Shown here piece by piece: positions 28,158 through 36,980 of a DNA stretch of 40,989 nucleotides (its first letter is position 1; each line of letters begins with the position of its first letter). The position numbers were made by a program, and so were the translations under genes. The notes beneath the pieces were generated by a model that ran no database searches, was not told the DNA's origin, and was given only the letters and a program-made list of their open reading frames with translations. The stretch comes from a virus (taxonomy: Duplodnaviria; Caudoviricetes): IMG/VR virus record IMGVR_UViG_3300032304_002086, positions 1-40,989 of that record. One strand, given 5' to 3'.

Positions 28158-28676
28158 GTGATAGCTAATACAAAACAACATTTTAAAATTATTGATAATT
28201 TTTTAGAATTACCTGGGATGTGGAGAATTTTTGCATTACAACAGGAATATCTAAAAGATTATTCAGAGTATCCCGGAAGAAAAACCAAGACTCTAAATGA
28301 GCTAAATGATGGCATGTTTCATTCGTTAGCAAAAAAAATTATTCCGCATGTAAACGGAAAGAAAGATTTTCAAAGATTAAAAATACAATTTGCTTATACT
28401 AACTTAAATGAATTCTCAAATGTTTCACATCAAGACGAGCCTTTTTACAACGTAGCAGGGTTAATTTATTTAAATGAAAATCCTCCAGCAAATACAGGCA
28501 CTGTATTTTTTAATAACGCAGTTAGTGGTGAACTAGTAGAAACAATAACGGTAGAAAACGCCTATAATAGAATGATCATTTTTGACCCAGCTCATTGGCA
28601 TGCTATTGTAGGTACCTTCGGCGACGATTTAGAAAGCAGCAGACTTACAATAACTTTTTTCGGAACAGCGGTATGA
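28158..28676 (+). CDS. Fe(II)/2OG oxygenase, DUF6445-like (short)
   Basis: IIDNFL, YPGRK, HQD, AGLIYLN, YNRMIIFD..WHA, RLTITFF; GTG start. Confidence 0.72.
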   Translation: MIANTKQHFKIIDNFLELPGMWRIFALQQEYLKDYSEYPGRKTKTLNELNDGMFHSLAKKIIPHVNGKKDFQRLKIQFAYTNLNEFSNVSHQDEPFYNVAGLIYLNENPPANTGTVFFNNAVSGELVETITVENAYNRMIIFDPAHWHAIVGTFGDDLESSRLTITFFGTAV

Positions 28677-29281
28677 ACGATAATATATATGAAATTGAAA
28701 ATATAATTCCTATAGATTATCAAAATCACATCGAAAAAATCATGTTGGGATCAAATTTTCCCTGGTATTATAATCCATCTTTGGTTAGTCCTGATCAAGA
28801 ATTTTCACAGCGAGCAGATAATCATCAGGGATTTAATCATCTTTTTCTTGAAGCAGGAAAAATCTCACCACATTTTGAATCTCTGTACCCGTTGGTGCTG
28901 AGTATCACAAGCCAGCCATGCATCGTTTCTAACAATCTTGTGCGTATGCGAGCTAATCTTACTCTTAATAGTGCAGGGTCTTCGTTAGAACATCATCTTC
29001 CGCATATCGATAGCTTTTTCCCGCACTATGTTGCTATCTATTATGTAAATGACAGCGACGGCGACACGATTATTTTTAATGAAACTAATGATAGTTACGA
29101 CTCAGGTGATGCAGACATTAACAAAATTAAAACAGGCCCTTTTACCATCAAGCGTAGAGTGACTCCAAAAAAAGGAAAAGTTTTAATATTTGAAGGAAAA
29201 TATTATCACACATCATCCTGGCCTATAGTAAACAAGTGTAGAAGTGTTATAAACATAAATCTAGAAAACGTTGTGCTCTAA
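28673..29281 (+). CDS. Fe(II)/2OG oxygenase (paralog of 26882..27457)
   Basis: FPWYY, PHID, IYYVNDSDGDT, PKKGKVLIFEGKYYHTS, RSVININ; start at the ATGA overlap 28673 rather than 28595. Confidence 0.8.
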   Translation: MNDNIYEIENIIPIDYQNHIEKIMLGSNFPWYYNPSLVSPDQEFSQRADNHQGFNHLFLEAGKISPHFESLYPLVLSITSQPCIVSNNLVRMRANLTLNSAGSSLEHHLPHIDSFFPHYVAIYYVNDSDGDTIIFNETNDSYDSGDADINKIKTGPFTIKRRVTPKKGKVLIFEGKYYHTSSWPIVNKCRSVININLENVVL

Positions 29282-29286
29282 TAACC

Positions 29287-29841
29287 ATGCGCGACTATAT
29301 TACCCATCAATCAGATTACATTAAAAATAATATTCAAGATATTATTACACATACACATCTGGCTCACAAAACATTTGAAAAAATGTACCCTGACACTGAT
29401 TCAACATGGACGTATGACAGGTATAATATTTTTAGTCTAGCCGGACCGTCGACTGTGTTTTATAAAGTATTTAAAGAACTGCAGAGTGTAATAATACAGC
29501 AACTAGGAACCGATAACGAATTATGGATACAATGCTGGGTGAATTATATGTCATATGACGAGTTGGATCGTCTAGATTGGCATGGACATGCATTTGACTA
29601 TCATGGTTATATATCCATTGATCCAAAAAATACCTATACCGATTTCAAAGAGTATGCAATAGAAAACAAAGCAGGCCAAATATATTTTGGACCGGGCTAT
29701 CGATCACACAAAGTCGTAGCTCACGAGAGATATGAAGGAACACGGATTACTCTAGGGTTTGATGTAGTTTCGACTAATAATACTGGCTTTGTTAAAAATA
29801 TACACATTCCCTGGAACAACCTATCATTCATCCCATTATGA
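29287..29841 (+). CDS. Fe(II)/2OG oxygenase-like (cupin) protein
   Basis: CWVNY, LDWHGH, YHGYISID, RSHKV, RITLGFD. Confidence 0.65.
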   Translation: MRDYITHQSDYIKNNIQDIITHTHLAHKTFEKMYPDTDSTWTYDRYNIFSLAGPSTVFYKVFKELQSVIIQQLGTDNELWIQCWVNYMSYDELDRLDWHGHAFDYHGYISIDPKNTYTDFKEYAIENKAGQIYFGPGYRSHKVVAHERYEGTRITLGFDVVSTNNTGFVKNIHIPWNNLSFIPL

Positions 29842-30470
29842 TGCAACAAGACTTTGAACTTTTAACCAATGCAGTTCCTGCTGAGATATGTAGGTTGTGT
29901 GCAATACAATATGAAATGCAGGAATCGTGTTGTTCTGTGATATATCCAAATACATCAATGGCTGACGGATCTCCGAATTCATTCGCAAGATATGCTCCAC
30001 TATGTTTTGAAGCACTATCTGTTTATCTATTACCTGTGATAGAAAAAATTGTAGGAGAAGAATTATATCCTGTATATTCCTATGCAAGAATTTATTACAC
30101 TGGTAGTAGATTAGATCCTCATTTCGATCGATCCAGCAGCGAAATAAGCATAAGTGTGTGTATAGAAAAAGATCAAGAAGACTGGCCGTTGTTTATTAAA
30201 TCAGAACAAGGTGTAACTCACGAAATAAATCTCAATCAAGGAGATATCGTAATTTACAAAGGCAACGCTCAAGAACACTGGCGCAACGAATTTACCGGAA
30301 AAAAACAAATACAGTGTTTTTTACAGTATGTAAAAGTTGCAGGAAATTTATCTTGGTTAAAGTGGGATACAAGGCCGAGTCTAGGTTTACCGTATGACTA
30401 TGTCGGCCCTGAAGTAAGAGCAGAAGTAGCTAAAGTTATGGCTGCTGATAAGCAAGCTGGAAAAATTTAA
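29838..30470 (+). CDS. Fe(II)/2OG oxygenase (PKHD-type, common in aquatic phages)
   Basis: YSYARIY, HFDRSSSEIS, WPLFI, GDIVIYKG..EHWR, QCFLQY. Confidence 0.78.
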   Translation: MMQQDFELLTNAVPAEICRLCAIQYEMQESCCSVIYPNTSMADGSPNSFARYAPLCFEALSVYLLPVIEKIVGEELYPVYSYARIYYTGSRLDPHFDRSSSEISISVCIEKDQEDWPLFIKSEQGVTHEINLNQGDIVIYKGNAQEHWRNEFTGKKQIQCFLQYVKVAGNLSWLKWDTRPSLGLPYDYVGPEVRAEVAKVMAADKQAGKI

Positions 30471-30643
30471 TCAGATTGTTTGACTAAACTCGGGCCTGCA
30501 ACAGTTCTTCCGTTTCCGTAAGTTTGTTCAAAATATGCTTGAGCTTCTTTGATGTTTGCTGCTTGACATGTTTCTCTTACGATTTTGAGAGAAGTCAAAG
30601 ACTCTCGTAAAAAAATCTCATATGTTTTTAGATTATCCGACAT
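30467..30643 (-). CDS. Unannotated 58-aa protein MSDNLKTYEIFLRESLTSLKIVRETCQAANIKEAQAYFEQTYGNGRTVAGPSLVKQSD
   Basis: Translated by hand; AAGGAG RBS 6 nt before the ATG; TTAAATA upstream; exactly fills the gap; stop overlaps the convergent gene's stop (TTAA). Confidence 0.75.
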   Translation of the reverse strand: MSDNLKTYEIFLRESLTSLKIVRETCQAANIKEAQAYFEQTYGNGRTVAGPSLVKQSD

Positions 30644-30659
30644 TTAATACTCCTTGTGA

Positions 30660-32195
30660 TTATTTAACAGAGTTCATCCATTCATCAAGTGTATAAAATG
30701 GATCAACTAATTGTTTATAGTATGCTCTACTCTTATTTATGATGTCTATTCCGGAAGTTTCTTGAGAACGAGCAGCCATCTGTTGCTGTAGCACGGAGTG
30801 ATCAAAACACTCTAAACCCTGTATTACCGTTAACCAAGCAGCTTCAGAATAACCCAAGCATTGGGGTTCGATGCCGTCTCGATAATAAAATTCTTCCCAA
30901 GCTCGAAGCTTGTCTTTTAAAGAATCCGGAATAGTGTTTGGATCCTTTAATTTCTTCCAATATTCGCTGTCGTTTCTTTTTCCTCTATAATGCAAGGCTA
31001 GGAAGTCTTTGATATCGTTGTAAATCACATACATTCTATGATTAAATCTTTCAGTTTGCTGCGACTGTTCTTTGGTTGATTTATCCGGCTGCCAGTGATC
31101 TGATAATGCATACATGGCTTCTATTATAACTGCAACTCCGTTGGCTTCTAGCGGTTCAAGAAATCCAGAACTTAACCCAACTGCAACCACATTATTTTTC
31201 CAATGTAATCTAGATATGCTCGGTGTATAGGTAAAGTTTGCCACCGGTTCTATTTTTTTATTAAATCTAGTTGTTGCTTCGTCGATGGCTTGATCTAATG
31301 TAGTGCAGTCCGGATCAAATATATAGCCATTGCCCGATCTATGTCTGAGATTGATGTTCCAAGACCATCCGTACTGCATAGCAATGGCATTAGTAGTCAG
31401 CGACGGAGTTGGATCAGGATGCCACCAAGCCACTACACTTCTTGCAGGAAAATTTTCACTGAGATCGATTTGCTCAACTTTTAATAATTTACTGATAAGC
31501 AATCTAGAAAATCCAGAGCAATCAAAGAACCAATCTCCTTCAATTTTCCTGCCGTCTTTTAAAATAATTTTGGTTATGTTGCCGTCGATATCACGTTCAC
31601 CGTCTACGTATTCACCTAGAACTACTTCTAAATTTCGTTTTAATCCAATGTCTTTGAACCACAATGCTGCGGCACGACTGTCAAAATGCCACATAGGAAC
31701 GCAAGGTAGTTGAGTATAGCTACCAAAGGGAACTTTATTTTGTCTTATAAATTCTCCGGAATGAAACATATTATGTAATGGAACATTATTGGCTACTACT
31801 GTTTTTAGATATCCGCTACGTATTTTTTCAGCAAACACTTTATTCAACGCAATATCAAGAGTCGGAGAGTTGTCTAAGAATTTGTTCCAATTATCCAGCC
31901 ACGGCGAATGATCAGTTTGCATAACATGAAGAAACTCTGTGCCAACACCGTTCCAGTCAGTGAATCGTCCACCTAGCTTAGGAGTGGCATTTGTAGCCTT
32001 CACAAACTCATCTTTGTTTATGTTTATTCTGTTTAAAAAATCAGTGAATAGTGTATTGCCACTTTCTCCTGCTATGATTGGAGGTTTATTAGGATCTTCA
32101 ATTATTGTGATAGAAAGTTCGGGCCAGCAGCGTTGGATATACAATGCTGTCATCCAACCTGCACTTCCTCCGCCTAGTATAACTATTTTTTTCAT
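30660..32195 (-). CDS. Tryptophan-halogenase-family flavoprotein (511 aa)
   Basis: GGGSAG, AGES, ATPKLGGRF, DCSGF, WSWNIN, FLEPLEANG. Confidence 0.82.
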   Translation of the reverse strand: MKKIVILGGGSAGWMTALYIQRCWPELSITIIEDPNKPPIIAGESGNTLFTDFLNRININKDEFVKATNATPKLGGRFTDWNGVGTEFLHVMQTDHSPWLDNWNKFLDNSPTLDIALNKVFAEKIRSGYLKTVVANNVPLHNMFHSGEFIRQNKVPFGSYTQLPCVPMWHFDSRAAALWFKDIGLKRNLEVVLGEYVDGERDIDGNITKIILKDGRKIEGDWFFDCSGFSRLLISKLLKVEQIDLSENFPARSVVAWWHPDPTPSLTTNAIAMQYGWSWNINLRHRSGNGYIFDPDCTTLDQAIDEATTRFNKKIEPVANFTYTPSISRLHWKNNVVAVGLSSGFLEPLEANGVAVIIEAMYALSDHWQPDKSTKEQSQQTERFNHRMYVIYNDIKDFLALHYRGKRNDSEYWKKLKDPNTIPDSLKDKLRAWEEFYYRDGIEPQCLGYSEAAWLTVIQGLECFDHSVLQQQMAARSQETSGIDIINKSRAYYKQLVDPFYTLDEWMNSVK

Positions 32196-32204
32196 AAAGC
32201 CCTA

Positions 32205-33701
32205 TTAAAATTTATATTCTATCACTGGCACACGTTTTTTCAATATTTCAATACATTCGCGATGAGGTATGGATTGTGTTAAGTCTGCATTTAAAATCAA
32301 CATTTTTTCAATGTCGTTGTCATATTTTTCTCTACAATGACTGTTGTATACATCTAAAGAATGTGTATGATCAATCTGTCGCAGTCCGTGCATTACCTGT
32401 ATAAAGTTTAGAGTCTTAAACAGCAACAATGGTTCTCTAAAAAAATTATTGTCTACATTATTTTTTTTAAAGTAATCTAAATTTTCTTGATTGAAATCTG
32501 TAATTTTTAAAGATTGTTTACACCAGCGCCAGAACTCAGTGTCATTGCGTTGTGTAAAATAGTGCAGTTGTATAAAATCAACAATGTTATCGGCAACCTG
32601 AGTCATTAGTTTATTATATTGTCTAGCAGTAGACTCCTCGCCTTTTGTGTAGTGTTTTATCGTGGCTATTAAATTAGCGCACTGCTGTATTGTTGTACCT
32701 ATGCTACTGGCTTCTAGCGGTTCTACAAATATACTGCTGAGGCCAATTACTGCACAATTTTTAGTCCAAAACTTATCAACGTGTCCTGCTGAAAATTTAA
32801 ACTTTTTTCCTATAGAAATATCACTAATTGCTAAATGTTTTTTGTAGTGTTCTTTGATTTCTAAAACCGCTGCATCATCGTCGATAAACCGATCGCAGTA
32901 GACATAGCCATTGCCAAATCTATCCTGAGTGGGGATTCGCCAACTCCAGCCACTGCTCAGTGCTGTTGCTTCTGTATATGATGGAATGTCCTCTTGGTAC
33001 GGAGTTTGAAATGCTATAGCACTGTTCATAGGTAGGAACTCGCTCTTGTCGATCCAGTTTAATCCTAGCTTATCCCCAATGACTCTTTTGAATCCAGAGC
33101 AATCAATGTAAAAATCATAGGCATGAATCTGATCTGTAGAGTCAACAAGACTTTCAACATGTCCGCTTTCGTCTAGTTTTACTTCTTTTATTGTGGTATC
33201 GATTACTGTGATGTTTCGTTCAGCGCATTTATTATGTAGAAATGTATTCAACTTTGCAGTATCAAAATGAAACTGATTTATATTTTCGTGCAAGGGCTCG
33301 TAGTGTCTTGATTTTTGACTGCCGTTGCCTAGTGTGTGTAGCGGATCCCATTTTTCGCCAATCATTCTATACCATGTATAGGGTATATCGCTTTTTGGAT
33401 CAACTCCTGCAAAGTCTTCTAATAGACTGTGAAAATAATGAGAACCATCTCCGTGCCAATTGGTAAACTTTATTCCAATTTTAAACGTAGCACCTGTTTG
33501 TTCAAACAGTTCATGAAGAGAAATTTCACAGTACTCTACAAAAAATCTCCAATGCTCAGTGGTGCCTTCACCAACTCCAATTATTCCAATGTTTGATGAT
33601 TCAATTATGGTAATTTTAAAGTTAGGATATGCTTTACGAATCATTAATGCAGCAATGAGTCCGCTGGTTCCACCACCTAGAATACATACTGAGTTTATCA
33701 T
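32205..33701 (-). CDS. Tryptophan-halogenase-family flavoprotein (498 aa)
   Basis: GGGTSG, GVGEGT, ATFKIGIKF, DCSGF, WSWRIP, FVEPLEASS. Confidence 0.85.
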   Translation of the reverse strand: MINSVCILGGGTSGLIAALMIRKAYPNFKITIIESSNIGIIGVGEGTTEHWRFFVEYCEISLHELFEQTGATFKIGIKFTNWHGDGSHYFHSLLEDFAGVDPKSDIPYTWYRMIGEKWDPLHTLGNGSQKSRHYEPLHENINQFHFDTAKLNTFLHNKCAERNITVIDTTIKEVKLDESGHVESLVDSTDQIHAYDFYIDCSGFKRVIGDKLGLNWIDKSEFLPMNSAIAFQTPYQEDIPSYTEATALSSGWSWRIPTQDRFGNGYVYCDRFIDDDAAVLEIKEHYKKHLAISDISIGKKFKFSAGHVDKFWTKNCAVIGLSSIFVEPLEASSIGTTIQQCANLIATIKHYTKGEESTARQYNKLMTQVADNIVDFIQLHYFTQRNDTEFWRWCKQSLKITDFNQENLDYFKKNNVDNNFFREPLLLFKTLNFIQVMHGLRQIDHTHSLDVYNSHCREKYDNDIEKMLILNADLTQSIPHRECIEILKKRVPVIEYKF

Positions 33702-35164
33702 TTATATTGTTGTTTAATAAGTTCTATAGTTTTTTCGTGAGAAAGAAATTCCCAATTTTTTTCTGACGGTACTCTACTTAGCTCGTTTTCTGTAACGGTT
33801 TGCCAGACCTGAAAATTATCTAAATATTTTTCTTTTATTTTTGGAATATTAAACATTCCTAACCCGTGCATGACCTGGATCCAATCTAACTCATCAAACA
33901 ATTCATAATTGTTTTCATGAAAGAAATTCCAACTTACAAAATTATCTTTAAAATAGTCAATGGTTTCGCGATTAAAATTAGTTAATACCATATCATTTTT
34001 GCACCATCGCCAAAACTCTGTGTCTGTTCGCTGACCGAGATAATGTAATTGTACAAAATCTAAAATATTCTCGGATACACGATCAAACGTTTTATTATAC
34101 TTTCTTTCTATGAACTGATCCTCTTTCGACCAACATACTAAGGAACTGGCTAGACATTTTATCTGTTCTATAGTGGCTCCTATGCTACTTGCTTCTAATG
34201 GCTCGATAAAACTTCCAGACAATCCAACCGCTACACAATTTTTAATCCAAAATTTATCTACTTTACCCGGAGTAAAATCAATTACTTTTGCTATTTTAAT
34301 TTTATCTTTATACTCTTTCTGCAATTCCTCAAGTACAGTATCAACATCGGCAAAGTTATTATTAAAAACATATCCATTGCCAAATCTATCCTGAGTAGGG
34401 ATTTGCCAACTCCATCCGTGCTGTCTAGCAGTGGCTGTGGTAAACGTGCTTATCTTTCCATCCAATGGAGAAGGGAATGCTATTGCTGAGTTGGTAGGTA
34501 AATGTTTCTGATATGATACCCATTTACTACCTAGCTGCTTGTGTATGACTCTTTCAAATCCTGTTGTATCGATGTAAAATTCAAATTGATGACGATATGC
34601 TTCGCCTACAAGAGTATCTACATTTCCCGATTTGTCTAATTCAACTCTAACAACAGTATCTTCTATAATTTTTATGTTGCGATCAATACATAATTTTTCT
34701 AAAAAAGAATTTAGTTTAAATGTATCAAAATGAAATTGTCCTACTCCTGATCCTAAAGGTCCGGCAATCTTTCCTTCCAACGCTAAATCAAACACAAGTG
34801 TTTCTGGATCTACGTTGTTTGCTACGAAATTCATAAGAGTAAACGGCAAGCCAGTGTAGCTATCTTGAGAAACAAACCATTCGGGTAGGCTATGATAAAA
34901 TGTATCCTTGCCATTTCTCCAGTTTACAAATTTTATTCCGTGTTTAAATGTTGCACCGGCATTTGTAATTATGTCATTTACAGATATACCGGTAAGTTTT
35001 GAAAAATCCTCCCAGTGTTCGTTTGATCCCTCGCCTACACCGATAGCCCCAATTTTGTTAGACTTAATCACAGTGACCGGCAAGTCAGTAAAACATGCTC
35101 TAAGCATCAATGCTGATATTAGTCCTGCGTTTCCTGCTCCTAGTATTCCCAGTGTGTTAATCAT
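33698..35164 (-). CDS. Tryptophan-halogenase-family flavoprotein (488 aa)
   Basis: GAGNAG, GVGEGS, ATFKHGIKF, DTTGF, WSWQIP, FIEPLEASS. Confidence 0.85.
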   Translation of the reverse strand: MINTLGILGAGNAGLISALMLRACFTDLPVTVIKSNKIGAIGVGEGSNEHWEDFSKLTGISVNDIITNAGATFKHGIKFVNWRNGKDTFYHSLPEWFVSQDSYTGLPFTLMNFVANNVDPETLVFDLALEGKIAGPLGSGVGQFHFDTFKLNSFLEKLCIDRNIKIIEDTVVRVELDKSGNVDTLVGEAYRHQFEFYIDTTGFERVIHKQLGSKWVSYQKHLPTNSAIAFPSPLDGKISTFTTATARQHGWSWQIPTQDRFGNGYVFNNNFADVDTVLEELQKEYKDKIKIAKVIDFTPGKVDKFWIKNCVAVGLSGSFIEPLEASSIGATIEQIKCLASSLVCWSKEDQFIERKYNKTFDRVSENILDFVQLHYLGQRTDTEFWRWCKNDMVLTNFNRETIDYFKDNFVSWNFFHENNYELFDELDWIQVMHGLGMFNIPKIKEKYLDNFQVWQTVTENELSRVPSEKNWEFLSHEKTIELIKQQYK

Positions 35165-35763
35165 GGTAATTCTAAAATTATAGATGCATCTGTATCAGCA
35201 CTTGAATTAATTTTGCCAGTAGGTAATACATTAAAACTGATGACATGTCTATCAAAGTTCTCTACGTGAGGCGGAGAATGATGAAATACGTAACTAGGAA
35301 AAATAATTAAACTTCCAGGAACAGCCATGGTTCTCTCAAACGGCGAATGATCCTTTCTTAAAATTTCTAACTGTGTCATAGTTCGTGGAATAACAGGATC
35401 TTCAAACACTGTAGGAGACCCACTAGACAAATAATAAATTCCGCTGAAAAAACTATTGGTGTGTTTGTGAAATGTTTGGTGCATGCCTTGATTTTTTAGA
35501 CTTTTATTATACCAACTGGAACTGATACTAAATTTATCGCAATCGTATTTTTGCGTTATTCTAATTTCTTCTAGACAAGTACGAAACCAATCAAATAATC
35601 CAGCAAGTTTTTGATCTCGATGAAGAGGAATCTGGTAACTCAAATTACTACTGAGTTTAGGAGACACACCTAATGATTGGATGTGTTCTACAATCTCTAA
35701 AGATTGAAACTGTTGGTTAGTAAATCTAAAAAATTCTACAGGAAATAGTTTTATTACTTCCAT
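35161..35763 (-). CDS. Fe(II)/2OG oxygenase, 2OG-FeII_Oxy_5-like
   Basis: SWYN, HKHTNSFFSGIYYL, FEDP, FPSYVFHHS, RHVISFN. Confidence 0.8.
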   Translation of the reverse strand: MEVIKLFPVEFFRFTNQQFQSLEIVEHIQSLGVSPKLSSNLSYQIPLHRDQKLAGLFDWFRTCLEEIRITQKYDCDKFSISSSWYNKSLKNQGMHQTFHKHTNSFFSGIYYLSSGSPTVFEDPVIPRTMTQLEILRKDHSPFERTMAVPGSLIIFPSYVFHHSPPHVENFDRHVISFNVLPTGKINSSADTDASIILELP

Positions 35764-36333
35764 TTACCACTCGATCCAACCTGTAAGTAGATATTTTTCT
35801 CCTGCTAATGGAGGGTTTCCTCTATGAGCATGTGTATAGGTAGCTGGCCATATAGCTAATGTGCCAAGCGTGGCAGGTATCCGCATGCTTTGATACAACC
35901 ATTCAGTTTCTCCTCCCTCTTCTACCGTATTGAGATACAGAGACCAGGCAGCTATCCGAGAACATCTTTCTAAGCCGTCCGATTCAAAATGCCAAATATG
36001 ATAACCTTCGCTGGGCAGTGTTTTTTGTATTTTCATAGAACGCACATGATGTTTTCCAGTTTCGGCCAGCACACTGTAGTGTTTAAGATACGACTCCCAA
36101 CAGACCCAGAACTTTTGTAGAAACGGATGTAATACGGTAAGGTCTGGAGTTAGTCGCATGGAATCATCTGACAATACAAATACAGCTCTATCCTGTTTAA
36201 TGTGACCGGGTGATTCGAATCTGGGAAAAGATAATTGTAAATTTTCCAAGGCATGATATCTAGCTATAATATCGTTGCAGGTAGCTGCATCTACTAAATT
36301 ATCCCAAGTTGCTATATCTTTTTGTATTTTCAT
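35764..36333 (-). CDS. Fe(II)/2OG oxygenase, prolyl-4-hydroxylase-like (2OG-FeII_Oxy_3)
   Basis: YHIWHFE, YLNTVEEGGETE, WPATYTHAHRGNPP, KYLLTGW; ATG 36333 preferred over GTG 36342. Confidence 0.82.
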   Translation of the reverse strand: MKIQKDIATWDNLVDAATCNDIIARYHALENLQLSFPRFESPGHIKQDRAVFVLSDDSMRLTPDLTVLHPFLQKFWVCWESYLKHYSVLAETGKHHVRSMKIQKTLPSEGYHIWHFESDGLERCSRIAAWSLYLNTVEEGGETEWLYQSMRIPATLGTLAIWPATYTHAHRGNPPLAGEKYLLTGWIEW

Positions 36334-36389
36334 GAATCCCACTTAAATTGTTTAATAACACTATATATCATATTACTTGGTACCTTACT

Positions 36390-36980
36390 ATGAATCATGA
36401 CGAACTAATACCCCTTTTTTCAAAACCTATATTAACATCTAAAATAACAAGTGTAGACGTTGACTTGTCATCTGTAAAGTGGGCAAGAAACTATCAAAAT
36501 TGGATCAGTGAAAGTCAAAATATTTTAAGCACAGAGCCTTTCAAGAATATGCTAGACGAGATAGGAAATAAACTTGCTGATTATTTTTACGGTGTCATGC
36601 GAGTATCCACAGATACAGAAATTTACATTACAGAATCATGGCTAAATAAAACCGAAGCAGGTCAAAGTCATCATAGGCACTGGCATCCAAATTCAATATT
36701 ATCGGGTGTGGTAACTTTATCCAGCGATGCTGATTCGGGACACTTAAAATTAATAACCAGTCAGTATGATACTTTGGAATTTGAAGTGGTTGAGGCATCG
36801 ATATACAATTCAAAAAGTTGGTCTTTTCAATCAACTGCTGGTAACATTATAATTTTTCCTTCTAACGTAGAGCATTTAGTAGAACCCTATCACGGAAGTG
36901 AACCTAGAATTACCCTAAGCTTCAACACTTTCGTTAAGGGAAAAATCAACAGTTTGCCATTGACACAATTATATCTATGA
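36390..36980 (+). CDS. Fe(II)/2OG oxygenase, 2OG-FeII_Oxy_5-like
   Basis: ESWLN, HRHWHPNSILSGV, FPSNVEHLV, RITLSFN; ATG 36390 in frame; divergent from the previous gene. Confidence 0.82.
   Translation: MNHDELIPLFSKPILTSKITSVDVDLSSVKWARNYQNWISESQNILSTEPFKNMLDEIGNKLADYFYGVMRVSTDTEIYITESWLNKTEAGQSHHRHWHPNSILSGVVTLSSDADSGHLKLITSQYDTLEFEVVEASIYNSKSWSFQSTAGNIIIFPSNVEHLVEPYHGSEPRITLSFNTFVKGKINSLPLTQLYL

Noticed and set aside
30460-36390. Site-specific invertible segment for the minus-strand block
   Set aside because: No convincing inverted repeats at the boundaries and no recombinase in the window
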